Assembly: GCA_965178125.1 (NCBI GenBank)
Contig: OZ237750.1
Location: forward strand, 496,001 to 560,000
DNA from: Bilabrum cf. latius
Lineage: Eukaryota
Length of the DNA: 64,000 nt
Direction: 5' to 3'
The translations under genes were made by a program, and so were the position numbers. The notes under the pieces are model-generated. The model ran no database searches. It saw only the letters and a program-made list of their open reading frames with translations, and had not been told where the DNA came from. Positions 25,276-38,700 of the stretch are shown piece by piece (position 1 is the stretch's first letter; each line of letters starts with the position of its first letter).

Positions 25276-25988
25276 CCCTCGCGTCTATCACGATCTCTGC
25301 CGCGACCCAAATGGTCGCGCCTTGATCTATGCCTATCCCTCCCTCCGTCGCGGCTGCGCCGATCCTCACTGCGCTTTGTGCGGCTGTGCTTCCTATGCCG
25401 CGAGCGCCTGTAGCTGTCCTCGCTGTCACTGCGCCTGCGCCTGTCATCGTCATCGTGGCGTCGGCGCCGGCTGCCCCTCTCTCCGACTCGATGCTTCCTT
25501 TTGTCCCTATGCCCACCCCTCCGAGATTCACGGCGCTCGGATCGGCTGCGTCCCTCGGAATGGCGGTTCCGAGATGCGTGTCGACTTTCACTGATCTCGC
25601 TTCCCAAATCGCTGCGCCTATCACCATCCCCATCCTTACTAGCTGGCAAACCGGACACATCATCTCCACCATCACTATCTTCAGAATCATCAGAGCCTCC
25701 AGTCAAGGCAGCACGCCGCCGCGCCATCTCTGCCAGCCGCTCTTCCCTTTCCTTGTCAAGCTGTTTCCGGAATTGCATGGCCGCGTTCTCCTCGTTTAAA
25801 GTACTCTGTTTCATGTGTTTTTCCTTAAAATCTTCCCAGCTCATCTTGTCTTTCGCTTTCTCTAGCGTTGCAGCTAGCAACTGTACTCGTTCAGTAGAAT
25901 ACGCCGCGCTATGTGTCACTGTTGCAGACTCAGACTTCCCGCCGCCTCCCTACATCTCCCCCATACCCTCATGACCATCGTCATCCAT
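25077..25988 (-). CDS. FAM133-like Arg/Asp/Ser-rich protein, 303 aa
   Basis: ATG 25988, one TAG, then SWEDFKEK...MQFRKQLDKEREERL (FAM133-like core) and an RD/RS-rich tail. Ends TGA. Confidence 0.7.
25213..25272 (-). repeat. (TCCCTG)10 on + strand, encoding an Arg-Asp dipeptide repeat on - strand
   Basis: Direct reading. Confidence 0.95.
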
Positions 25989-26127
25989 CGCGAGTCGGCC
26001 GGGTGGCCAGCTTATGAGGGAATTAGCGCTCTGTCATTTTTCTGTGCAGATACGCAGTGTGTGATGAGTGCAAGAAGCCAGTTGTTGCACACAAGTCTTT
26101 TCCTAGCATTGAGCGACACATACACCA

Positions 26128-26535
26128 ATGAAGATCATATTTATCCTCTTTGTTGCCATCTGTAGCTACATTTTCGCCGCTTCAGCCGAAAAAGCAGACA
26201 GGACGGCTTTGTTAGAGGCCATACGCGCGATTGACACAACTTTTCGAGAAGACTAGTAGGCAAGAGAGAATGCCCTAGTTCAGCTGGTTTTGGGAGGGCG
26301 AGATGCACATGAACTTGCATTTATTCGCGATAGCTCTAGTTTCGTGGGCCTGACTAGCTAGTAGGAGCATATGAAACACAGATTTAGAACATCAAGAGCA
26401 ACCGGAGACGAGCTCCCCGGGCTTGACGGATACGATCCATCCACTGGCTTGGCGGAGCCAACGCCCTAGTGTCGAAGAATAATGAATGGGTGGCTTTCAC
26501 AGTGCGTTTTTGGCGCTGCAAAGGATGGGAAATGA
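26128..26535 (+). CDS. Putative small secreted protein, 135 aa, absent from the ORF track
   Basis: MKIIFILFVAICSYIFAASA signal-peptide-like start. Frame is open to TGA at 26533-26535 only if five TAG (two tandem pairs) are read as sense. Head-to-head with the FAM133-like gene. 3' end uncertain. Confidence 0.5.
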
Positions 26536-27154
26536 AGGAAAAGTGGTACCGTTGGTAGCGTATTTTCGGACGGCATGGCAGCGCAGGGTACTAGAACCTG
26601 TTTCTAGCTTGCTGCATGCAATAAATGACCAGACAGCTTCCATTGCGATGGCGTTTTGGTGCACGTTGTGTACGAATTGCCGATCGTCAAGGGTAAGGTC
26701 AAGGCTTTGGGATGTGTGTTTACGCATTCATATGCCCTAGATCTATGGCACCTGATATGGACCTGCAAGACGCGGTGGTACTACTAATGACTAGTAGTAT
26801 GTGCGCTCTTGTTGTAAAAAGTGGCACGGCTGCACCCACGAGCAATGCGCCTAGCACTCGGCTTGAGATTCCCGGGTGCGGTTGCGCGTGCCGGATCAAG
26901 GCCACTTGAGCGGAGCAACAGGCTTGACTCCAGACTACTACTGAGTATTTGCCTAGTTCCTCCCGGCCTGGTAGTTGAGCCGACGAATTCTGCACTTGAT
27001 TTACTTGCGACCAAATAGGTATATATTGGTGAAGATGAGTTCATTTTAATTACCCAACGCATGCAACAATATACGATATTCTCGGCCTGCGGGCGGCAAT
27101 TGAATCTAATCACGATTTGTTTTATATTCATCTGCACTGTCTCCTCCAGCATTG

Positions 27155-30100
27155 ATGTCTGCCGTACCGGAGAGCAGCCCTGATTCATCGGAAGGCATGC
27201 AGGACCGAATTTCTGCAGATGAAGCAGCAGATGGAGCCCAGCAAAGCGGCGCGGAGCACAAATAGATAGACTCTGCGGATGCAGTACCTAATGATTCTAA
27301 CGGTGGAGGACGGGAGACGAAAACAGACTGCGCGACTGAGGCCGAGCAGCAGGGCGCCGACTCTGCTGCGAGGTCACCCGATGGGAGCCATCACGACCAG
27401 GGCGCAGCAGACATGGCAAACCTTTTTGCGAACTCAGGTGAAGCGGATATGACTGCTCAATGGCTTGCACAAAGCAGCAGAAACCACGGGGAAGACGGCC
27501 AGCAAGAACTGCTTGCTGCCGCTCTTGCAAGTGGCAACGTTCAATTTCTTGGAAACGAATATGAAGGCAGCCATCAGACGCACGAGGCCTAGTAGGGCGG
27601 GGATGCCGCTGCTATTGCGCCTTCCGGAGAGAATGGAACCATGCTGGAGGGCGAGCTGAACCAGCAGGGCGAGTACGCCGTGGACGTTGGTAGTGGCGCG
27701 GCAGCAGCAGCCGGTGCCGGCGGGGGCCCACTGCAGGCTTGGGCCTCTGGAATGCCAGCTGATGCTGCAAGCAACGCTTTCTTGCCTACAGCTGGTGGCA
27801 GGGCGACTGACGGGGTGGACAGGCAGGGAGGGGATGACGAGGACGAAGACGAAGACGAGGGCGAGGACGATGACGAGGACGACGACGAGGATGACGGAGA
27901 CAGCTCCGACTCGAGCGAAGAAGACGACGAGGAGGACGAGGAGGGCGCTCTGAACGAGAACGACTGGATGCAGGTCGAAAGCGGGGCCACCTATGAGCGG
28001 AGCATCGCCGGCTGGGACGTTTACAGGTATGCGCTAGACGGCGTGTAGACCGCCTTCTTCTACCAGAACCAGGAAACGGGCGAGTCGACCTGGTCCATCC
28101 CGCCAGAGGTGGTGCGAGCAGATGCAGAGGCACAGGCCCTAGAAAAGCACCTGCAGGCGCTGAACCCCTACAGGTACGAGGGCCTTGACGAGGACGACGA
28201 CCCGAAGCCATGGGTGCCTCCAACTATCCGCAAAGCTGAGAAGGCGAGAGCCTAGTCCGTGTTCAGCAAAGGCACAGCCGGGTATTGCAGTGTGCGCCAT
28301 GATGATCTCAACCAGCTGGGCGTGGGTGTCAGCCTCTACTTCCGCTTGTTGTGGATGCTCATGATCCTATTCCTGGCCATGACGATTCTCTACATCCCAG
28401 CCTTCCTGGTCTTCTCCAACGGGAACAGGATCCCGGGGACGGCGGCAGATAGCGTTAGTTTCTCCTCACTCACGCTGGGGAACGCGGGGGACAGGCAGGC
28501 CCTGCGAGCCGAGGTGGATGCGTTAGGCAGGACGGTTGAAGTGGCTCCAGGCAACGAGACCTTCGTCACGATCGGGAAGAGCGGGCAGCTCACGGGGTAC
28601 GAGGCCAGCTACATGATCAGCGGTTTCGACTTTGCCGTGAGCGTGGCCTTCATAGTCTTCATCTTCTTGTACTCGAGGCGAATTCGGGATGTGGCTGCAG
28701 CGGCCGAGAAGCGCCTAGTGACAGCAGCCGATTTCAGCGTGATCGTCAAGGGCCTGCCCGAGGACGCAACCGAGGACGAGGTGCGAGAATTTTTCTCGGA
28801 TCGTTTTGGTCTATATGACATGTCGGTGAGCGAGTCGACTGGGTACACAGACTCTCGCAAGGGCGACGAAATGGCGCGCAGAGCTGCAGATTTCACCGGT
28901 GCGCTGCGTGGTGGCAGCTAGCAGACGAAGACTAAGCAGGCTGTCAAGGCGATTGGGCGGATGCGCATGCTAGCCCACGTGCACAGCCGACGAGACCAAG
29001 ACGGTGCTGCCGCTGCTGTGCGGCTGAAGACCGGGAGAGGTTCTCTAGTTGGAACAACGCGGGCCACCTCCCGTGGCGACAGGCGAGTCAGCCTGTACAA
29101 GCAGCAGGCCATGACGAGCACCAAGGGAAAATCGAAGGGATTTGATTTCGACGATGTTGGGGACCTGGCAGACGGCGGTGCGGCTGGAGCTGCAGTGGCG
29201 CTCGACGTGGAGGAGATCGACAATGCTGACGACGAGAACGTCGACGCCACGACCGGAACCAAGCCAAAGACACCCACCTCAGGGTACATCAAGGTGGCAT
29301 AGACACCCAAGGCATCCGGGAGGCACTTGGCGGAGGCAGACGTGGCCGATTTCGTCCCCGTGGTGGATGTAACTCACAACAGGAAGCTCGAGTACATCGG
29401 TTCGTGGTGCGCGGACGTTACCATGATCCAGGACAAAACCAAGGGTGCCCGCATCACCGCGTACCTTGCGGTGCAAGAGGCAGTGGAGCGATTGCGGGAG
29501 GCTCGGGCCCGTGTGAAGATGTACCGGCACGACACTCCGATCGGGACAGGACCTGACAAGGCCAAGAGGGAGGAGGCGGAGGATGATGTGACGCAGCTTG
29601 CGGCAGATCTGGAAGCGGTTCGGGCATAGTTCGGAGATGCTGTGCGCAACAGCGCAAAGGAACACAAGACACAGGCTTAGCTCGCACTCGAGGCAGCCAT
29701 GCGGTACGGCAAGCAGCGCGAGGAAGGACAGCTTGATGATGAGGACGCAGAAGATAAGAAAGCGCAGGCCGAGGAGGATGATCCGGCGTACGGTGCGTTC
29801 GTAACGTTCGCGCATGAGGAGAGTTTGCTGCGGTGCATGGAGCAGTATCGATTCTCTAAACACTGGTGGGGAACTCTCTTACAAGACCCGACGCTTCGGT
29901 TCCGAGGCACCCACCGCATTAGTGTGGAGGCTGCACCCGACCCGAGCGACGTGCTGTGGGAGAACGTGACGACTTCATTTCAGGAGCGATGCGGGAGGCG
30001 GCTTTTGACATGCTGCATCATGATCGCCCTTTTGGCGGTATCGTTCGTGCTAATTCTGCTTGCCACTATTACCTACGGCAACTACCAAGATCTGGTGCCA

Positions 30101-32709
30101 GACCTGACCATGTGCGAGACTGAGCTTCCTGCTCTTGCGTTTGGGTCGTACGCAAACGTCACTATCGCGACAGCACTTGTGCAAGATGCTGGCAACGCGA
30201 TTGATTCGACTTCAGCCGGTCAGATTGCACTGTAGAGGCCCGTGAACTCAATTGCGCGCTCCGAGGGTGACCAGACCTGCGGCGGCGGGTACTACCAAGT
30301 CTCGTACGCTGCAGAGGTTCTCCAAGGCGACTTTGTGTCGTACTCGATGGACGCGTGCGAAATCGTCGACATCACTGGAGCGCAGAACCCTGACATTGTT
30401 GTGCGCGATCGGGGATGCCCTGACCCGAGGCATCCCAGCGGTCAGCAATGCCCGTGCATCAACCCCACTGGGTCCGGGCTGTGCTCGACATTGCCGTGCT
30501 TTAAGCCGTCAGAAGAAGACGAGTCTCGGTTGCGCACTTGCAGGCAATTCTCGATCAGTACCTTTGCTGGATGCTACTGCTTGGGCCGATTTCAGCAGCT
30601 GCTGAACGAGGAGGGCACCTTTGCTGGTGCGAACACCTTCGCGAGCGAGGAGTCTGACATCTGTTCCGCGTGGGCGCAAAACTACGCAGCTGCCCAGAGC
30701 CTCGCTGTGCTTGCGGCCCTGTCGGCATCTCTGGTGAATATCGCTTTGAGCTACCTGATCGAGTGGCTTGTGAAATTCGAGAGGCATTCATCTGTGTCAA
30801 AGAAGAGTTTTGCGCTTGTGTGGAAGAGTACACTGGCTCAGATCTTCAATACGGGGCTCATCCTTCTAGTGGTTGGTATGCGCACCGAGAGCACAAGTGG
30901 ATTTGCTAGATTTCTGCAAACGTTCGGCGTGCTTGATGGGGACGTATCCGACTTCACGTGGCAGTGGTACAGCGAGCAAGGTGTGGTCCTGACCTTGACG
31001 ATGACCTTCGAGATTTTCACGCCACATCTCGTGCCCCTGTTCCAGTGGGTCTACTCACTGTTCAAGCGGTCGTGCGTCATCACGGACAGCAGCATTCGGA
31101 ATTTTGGCGTCGCTGAAACCCAGGCACAGGTCAACAAGCTCTACGTTGGAGAGGAGTTCAACCTCGCCGTTCGATTTCCCCAGATGCTGAGCGTGCTATT
31201 CGTGGCGTTCATGTACAGCCCGGGGCTCCCGCTTATGATGCCGATTGCATTCGGTAGTTTCTTTGTCACCTACATGTTCGATCGACTTATGCTGCTGCGA
31301 TTCTACGCGAAGCCGCCGGCCTACGATTCGGAGCTGGCGACCTTTGCGCTGAACCTGATGCCGTGGGCCCTTCTCACCCACATTCTAATGGCGATTTTTA
31401 TGCTGGGGAACCCGGAAGGACTGCCCTCTACCGTGCTGCCTGCTGCTGCTGCCGCTGCATCTGCCTCCAGTGATGGGGAAGATTTGGATAGCGGGAGCTC
31501 CGCCTACTTTCAGTACTATATGGACAATTTTGAACAGTTTGATGGAGTTGGTTTCATACCACGGATCGTGCGGACAAGCACATTCCCGCACTTTATCCTA
31601 TTCATGTTCGTGTTTGTTGGAACTGTGGCCATTTACGTTTTTTGGGAACTGGCAAGCTACGGCTTGCAATCCTGCGGCTTGCACTCTGCAGTCTGTGGGT
31701 GCACGAGCTGCGGAGGCTCTGCTGGAGGTGTTGCAGAAGCCGCCGGCCGGAAGAGAAAATGGGTCGCTCCGTTCACCGCCCGTAAGTACCAAAACACAGC
31801 TAGGGTATCGCCACAAGCTAGCATGCATGCTGCCGGTATCAGATTGTTTGCCCTACACTTTTCGCCATACCACCGCAGCGTTCGGGAAAGCTCTCGACGA
31901 GCTAGACCCGCCCTCTTGCGAGGACGCCCTATTTCAGACCAAGGCTGAGGTTGACGGACTGAAGCGAGTGAAGCTGGCCAAGATCGAGATCGCGCAGGGT
32001 TGGAGAGTGGAAGACATCGGTGGACTGCCTGTTTTGCGCAAGATCATGAGAATGTCACGGGAGGACCTCATGAAGCTGAAGAACGCGGCTCAATCGGCGC
32101 TTCAGCAGTAGCAGGCAGACGGGAACACCAAAGATGAGACGTTGCACACATCCAGCAAGGTGGCAGACAAGGTGCTAAACACTGTGCTGCGGTAGACTGC
32201 CTCAGCCTTGAACATGGCTGAAGCTCAGTACGAGGATCTTGATAAGGGCACGCCCATGGATGAGTAGTAGCCCAAATTTGACCAAGCGGCAGCGGGGCGC
32301 AGCAAGCAGGGCAAGAAAGGTGGTCTGCGCGCTGAACTGCAAAGCCGCAAGGCCAAGGCCAAGAAGCTTGAGCGGCTGAAGCTGACGTGGGAGGTGATGC
32401 AGGTGAGTATGCTGGTGTTGTTGCGTCTAGCACCGCATGTGTGTTGCCCCAGTGTATTTCATGGTGTCTGCATCCGCTCCAAATTCTCACTCGCAGGACA
32501 ACGGCTTGTACAGCTACGACGTGCGGATGCATCCCCGTTACAGACCCGCCATGATGGCAAAGGAGGGAGATTTGGCAACCAAGGAACGCGCTCGCCGTCG
32601 CCGCAAGAGCCGAAAGAGCAGGGCAAGCGGTGATCTTGGTATGGCTGCAGCAGCTGCAGCTGCCGCGGCAGATGTCAGGCAGAGCAGCCCCGGCGGTGGT
32701 CTTCAATGA
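27155..32709 (+). CDS. TMC/OSCA (CSC1)-superfamily membrane channel with N-terminal acidic region and WW domain, ~1,787 aa; exons 27155-31781, 31879-32402 and 32497-32709
   Basis: LGVGVSLYF, TAADFSVIVKGLP, AFVTF, APDPSDVLWEN, FERH, AQIFNTGLILL.V, WY...G, MYSPGLP, DRLMLLRFYAKPP.YD and TWEVM..NGLYSY motifs. WW motif GWDVY...FFYQNQETGESTWSIP. Introns 31782-31878 and 32403-32496. Only TAG in frame; ends TGA. Confidence 0.85.
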
Positions 32710-32797
32710 TTGGACGCTTTGAATGTACTTGGATCCAGCATCCCAATCGGAGTCGCTAGCTAGCTAAAGTGTACATGATCGATAGCGAACCATTCAC

Positions 32798-35700
32798 TTA
32801 AACGCCTCCTCCACTTGCGGGGCCCGACTGCCCTTGCTCTTGCTGCAATGAGGACGAACCTCCTCCCCGCTCAGCACTAGCAGCCTGTTCCTACACGGCC
32901 TGCAAAGTATCGTTGCGCATTGGTGCCTGCTCTTCCCCAGCAGCAGTGACGTCCACATTGCTTCCGCTGACCATTCCCTCTGCCATCCCGGGGACAACCC
33001 CGCTGCGGCTACGACCTGCTACACCACCTCCTCCCTTGCTCTGTTGCTTCAATGGGACTCTCTCCCCATCTGCAGCTCTAACCCAGCCAGCACTGTGAAG
33101 TCCTGCAGACATACCGCCATGGCTGTGGATGGATGCGGCGAGCCTGCGAGACCTGAGCTTGCCTGCTTGTGCTGCCTTTGCGACGACCGCTGAGGCTTCC
33201 TTCGCCTCCCGTAGTCTCTTAGCTTCCCTCGTTGCAGCCTTCCGCCCTCTTGCGCCCGTGATCCGCATAGCATTCTCTTCAACCTCCCGGGACAGCCTCG
33301 CGTTATGTTCTTGACTTCCACGGTCGCTGTCACTTCCGCTGCCGCTGCTGCCGCTGCCACCGCCCTCTCGCCTCGTCGACCTGGCGCCTCGGCGCTTGCT
33401 GTCACGTCCAAACGTTGGATCCATTCTGCGGGACAAAGGCTCTGGTACGCCATGCCTCGAGCCGCCATGGAGTGACTAGGCCAGCCGACCGCCTTCTCTG
33501 TACCGCTTGGACCACCGCTGAGACTTGTTCCGTTCAGCCACCAGGGCATCCGCTGCTGACGCCATCACGCCCTTTCCGCGCGTCTACATGCGAACCCTTT
33601 TCTTGGGTGCACTTCGAGCGCTCTTGGCGGATTCAATTGGTGGCAGATGTGCCGCATTGAACTTTTGATCACTGATGGGAGCACGCTTCACCGTCTTGCT
33701 GCTGTCTTTGCCCCCGCACTGCTAGGATGTCACGTCCTCTTCGCCGTGACCAGAGCCTTCAGTGGAGCCTGTGCCAACCTCAACCTCATTCCGATTTCCG
33801 CTCGACCGTCCTGATCCAGAGGCGTGCTGCCCCCGGCCTGTAGCTCCAGGCAACAAAGTTACCTCGTCGTGATGATCTTTGGAACCAGTGCGTATTCCAC
33901 GCTTGCCCGCTTCAGAACTCTCGCTTGGGCCGGCATGGGCTGCCCCATCCCCGCCCAGACCAAGACTACTACCAACAACAGGTATGGCAGCACCACTGGC
34001 TCCAGACGCACTGTCGCCGGCAGCAGAAGATACGCTGCTATTCCCTCTCGCTGTTACCTGAACACCAACCGCTCCATCTATAGCTTGCCCTTGCAGCCCG
34101 CTGGTGGTGCTTTTGGTGCCGCCCTGCGATTCAGCGGGTGGCTGAATCTGCTGATACCGCTTGCTAAACTGTTGCTCCTATCGATGCTTCTTGTCCGCAA
34201 CTAAGGCACAATACTGCGCCCAAGTACCTTCGAATGATACTTGGCCTGCACTGGCCCCTACCGTCGGGTCGGGATGATCCTCCCACGCCTCACCGCGCAG
34301 CGGCGCAGGGCGCTGGGCGCGCTGCTCTAAGAGGGCGTCGTGCATGCCGCCGCCACCGAACCCAGGAATCTACCTCGGCATGTCCTGCAGCCGCTTCAAC
34401 GGCAGCGAAGCCACGCGCTGCCTTGCGAAGCTAATTGTTCCTCGCGCGGCGGAATTGTCCACGAAGGACTGCGCGGGAGGACTGAGAGTGCAGCTGTCTG
34501 CGTCAGCTAGAGGACTGGACAGGTCGAAGAGCGTCTTGAGGTCAAGGTCTGCAAAAAATGGGTGCCGCAGGAGCTCCAGTGCACCCCCAGCCCCGTACCT
34601 CTTGAGTGGATCCTCCTCGATGAGCCCGCAAATGAGGTCGATGAGCTCATGGGGAAGGTTCGTCGGGAGCCGGCGCCACATGATGTTTCTGTCTCGCGTG
34701 TTCCCAAGGACCTGCTCCGTGGTGCGTCCGTCCACTGGCAGCTTGCCAGTTGCCAGCCGCCAGGCAACTACGCCGAGCGCGTAGTAATCTGCAGTAAAGG
34801 TAGTCTAGCCTCCCTTCACGGTCTCGGGAGCCAGGTAGTGCGGAGATCCAGCAGCTCCAAGGGCGTATGTTCGACGGTTGACCAGGATTGGGGCTCCCAG
34901 GTCCTTCACTAGCTAAGGGAAAGTGAGTGCACTGCCAACCCGCTGCTTCCGAAGATTGGCAGCCACTGCATTGGCTGACTGGGCTGCATCACGGTGCAAT
35001 CTATTTGTCGATGGTGGAGGATGCAGCGGCCCCACAAAGGAAGAAGCGGCTGCTGTACGACTGCCAGTAGTGTGGCGAGGTCCGCCAGAAGAGCTGCTGG
35101 ACCCAGCAGCGATCGGAGCGACAGGTCCAGCAACGATACCGCCAGTGGCCACCACTGGATCCGTCGAGTTTCCTGGGGCCCGGTTTGGGAAGGGGTCCCC
35201 AGCACCACCATGCAATGCAATACCCGGCGTGAAAGGCTTCGATCTGTCCATCGTCGGCTCCTGATCCTCCGTCGCAGTGCCCACATTGACTCCGACTAAA
35301 GTGCTTCCACCCGAGCGAGCGGCTGACTGCCACGGTCTGCTTCTCCGGTTCGCAGTGTTGATCGTGCCAACGACCTCACCGCTCATGTTGGCAGTACCAT
35401 GGGACGCAGACGCTGTACCAGTTGGCAGATTTCCCACGGATGTGCCCCATTGGCCGTTTGGCCCGGCAGACGATGTGGCGTCCCGCCCCGGACCTTGTGG
35501 ACCCACTAGGGTCGGGCCGCTGTAGTCACCGTATTGATTGCCACGCTTCACAATATCCTTTGTGCCGGGGCTGCTCGTGTCCCTTGCTCCAATTGAACCG
35601 CCCTCGCTGTTGCCGTCGGATGCTCTGCGGCGCATACTGCTCCAACCGCCGCTACGAGGATTCTTGTCTGGCGAGGCGGTGTCCCGATCCGGATTCGGAC

Positions 35701-38700
35701 CCGGAACGATGTTTCCTGCCTGACCGAGTCCCTGGACACTGCCACTGTCAGAATTCTCTCCTCTAAATGACCTGCGCCGTGCACGTCTCGTTTGCTCGGC
35801 AACGGACGAGTCCCCGCTGCTCTCTCGGTTCTCGGAGCGCGAGTTGGATTCGATACCGTTGTTTTCGCGTGCACCTGATGCACGTCGCTGCTTCACGAAG
35901 GTTCCTGCGCGGAAAAGCGAACCCCCGGTGGAGCTTGCGCTGTCGCTGTCGTCGTCGCCAGCCACAACCGCTTCCAGGAGAACCTTCGCCTCTGCGTCCT
36001 GCGCATCCACAGCATGCATACCCCCCTTCGCCATGGCTGTCAAGAACGACTCAGGGCTGGCACCAGACGATTCATGAGCTAGATCCATCCCCAATTCCTG
36101 TCCATACCCGCTCTGAGTGGCCCCACCGTCTGTGCCTGCAGCAATGAGCGTCCCGGCAACAGTGTTGCCGCCCCCAGCTTTAGGCTAGTATGCTCCAGCA
36201 CCAGAGCCGCCAGCACCACCTTCTGAACTCCCTGTAGGGAAAAGCTGCCTTTCTACACCTGTGCCGTGCCCGAGCACAGGCTTCAAAGGGCTCTGCATCG
36301 GGGAAGGGGACGGCCGGGCACCCTCATTGGCTACGTGCTAAGCCAGAGGTCGTGCCCCTATCCTAGACAAGAGGCCCTGAGAGGCCGCGCGGTGAACAGC
36401 CTTGGGAACATCCGATGCACGGCGGCTGTCCTGACTGCCATTGCGGCGATTCCGTTGGGTCATGCTCCCTTTGCGTGACATGCTCCGCCGCATGCGTCTC
36501 GAACTACCGCTGCTCAAGGAACTGCTCTTGTTCTACTAGGACCCGCCCAGCATGCCCTGCGCCTTCCCCATAGACAACCGCTGCCACCGAGCCGACCGTC
36601 CGAATGCAGGAACAAGAACGGAGGAATAGAATCGAGCTGCGTGGGTCCGAAGTGGAAGTACCTGTACCCCCCTGTGGCTCCGGTCGATTTGGCGCTGCAT
36701 TTCTGCCGCGTCCTCGGGCGTCGCATCCTCGGTCAGCACAATGACCATCCTCGGGAGCATGAGGCCAAGCTCGAGCGGGGCGGCCATGCGCGACCCCATC
36801 GCTCCTTTGACGGGTTTGGGGCCTCCTTGGGCCCCCGAACCGTCATCTTTGCCCCCTGCATTCGCAATGTTCATGGTACCAAGCTCGAAGACCCGCGTCG
36901 CAGCGTCGCCCTCCTCTCCTCTCGCCGAGTCGCCCACAACACGGCGATGCCCCAGCCTCTTTGCAGGAGCCTACGGTGTGCCAAGACCTTTACCATTATC
37001 ATCTTGCTTCTTGTGGGTGACCTTGTTTTTCTTTTCTTGCTCTTCCTTCTCCTTTTCTTCCTTGCTTTTGGCTCCGCTGTCCTTCTTGTCAACCAAGTAC
37101 GCCTGGATTCGCTCACGGATTGTCTTTGCAATGGAGTCGAGCAATCCCAGCGCAACATCAACATCGGGCACATCGGTACACACGACAGCATCGAATATGT
37201 GGCCATCGTTCGTCACTGCACTCTGCAACTGCGAGGTACTCCACACCAGGGAAGGCACCACAGAGAACTCCTCGTCGATGACGTCGAAAGCGTCAAGCAT
37301 CCGCATTGGACGATGCTCGAAAGGCCCCAATAACACACCTTCTTTCCTCAGGTGCCACCGGTACAAATTGTCTACGGTGTTAAGCTCATCAAATCGCGGA
37401 TCCCACACATGCCGGGGCTCCTGCTCCCCGTTGCGGACCGCTGACTTCCTGAGCTGCAGGTAGTGTGAGGGCTCCACAACAAGAAGGGACTGCGGTGCAT
37501 CTGGTCTGGCCGCCATTGTCTCCATGATATGGTACCAATTCTAGTACGCTGATCTCCAGTCAGTGATCGGCGCACGTGGGATAGAAGACAAGGGCGGCTG
37601 AGGCGCCTGCCCATCCCCAAGCATTTGAGACGCGCTCACGCGGCGAGCCAGCAGCTTCTGCTTGGCAGTGGCGTTGCTGTCCGTAGGCAGACCAATAGAT
37701 ACGTTGGGATTAGCGCCTGTTACATCGCCAGATTGGCCAGGCAGCTCCCTGCGAAATGAGGTGGTGCGACGCGCCGCCGGGTGTTGCTGCTGCATGGCCT
37801 GGCTGGCTTGCTATAGTTGCTTCTGCTTGTCGTAAGGAGAGAGCGGCTTGGGCGGGCTACTATCAGCCCACATGCGCACACGCTCTCCTGCCTTTCGCAA
37901 GGACTCAACGTTATCTTCTTTGGCTAGTGTAAGGTCAAAGACGAGCATTGATGCACTCAGTAGCAGCTCTGCCCCTTCGCTTGGACCATCCCGCAGGCTA
38001 TGCCAGAGACCGGCCTCATTGCCGCGAGTCCCACTCAGCATGCCATAGCCGCGGCGTTCCAGGTGTGCGCCGTGGCTATCTTTCCCATGTCTCTACTGTT
38101 CTGGAACGCGCCCGTCAGACCCTTCCCTGTGTACCCGGCTATCTGCACGAGTCACCCTAGCAGCAGGCCCAGCGCGGCTTGTTGCAAGCACCCCAGCACC
38201 AGCAGCGCTACTACCACCAAAACTGGAACCACTGTGAGATAGCACGCCTCCGATTGGAGTATCTTGCGGAGACACGTGCCCTCTGTGAGCGGCCACAGCC
38301 CACGCGCCAGCTGCAGTGCTCTGCCTGGCCTGTTCCCACTGCTGCCGTGCCTGTACGTCGGGGTTTGGACCGAGTTCATCCAATCGTCGATTCGCCTAGG
38401 AGTGAGACAGGCATGGACTCACGACGCGCATGTGGCGCAGCATGGGGTGGACCATTCGATCTAGCCGATGCGAGTCAGCCAGCGGTCTTCTTAAGTTGCG
38501 CAAGCGGGTCCTTGTGGCTTCCATGGCGTCGCGGTCGGTTCTGGTCAGGCTGCGAGCAGCAGCACCACTGCTGTGACCGTGACGGTCACCGCCTCTCTGA
38601 CTTTCTCTGGCTGGCTCTCCCTGTGAGTGGCTTGCAGTGAGAGCCTGCGCCGATACGCCGAAGTAGTCTCTCGGCTTTGGGCCACCCCGGGTGCCTGCTT

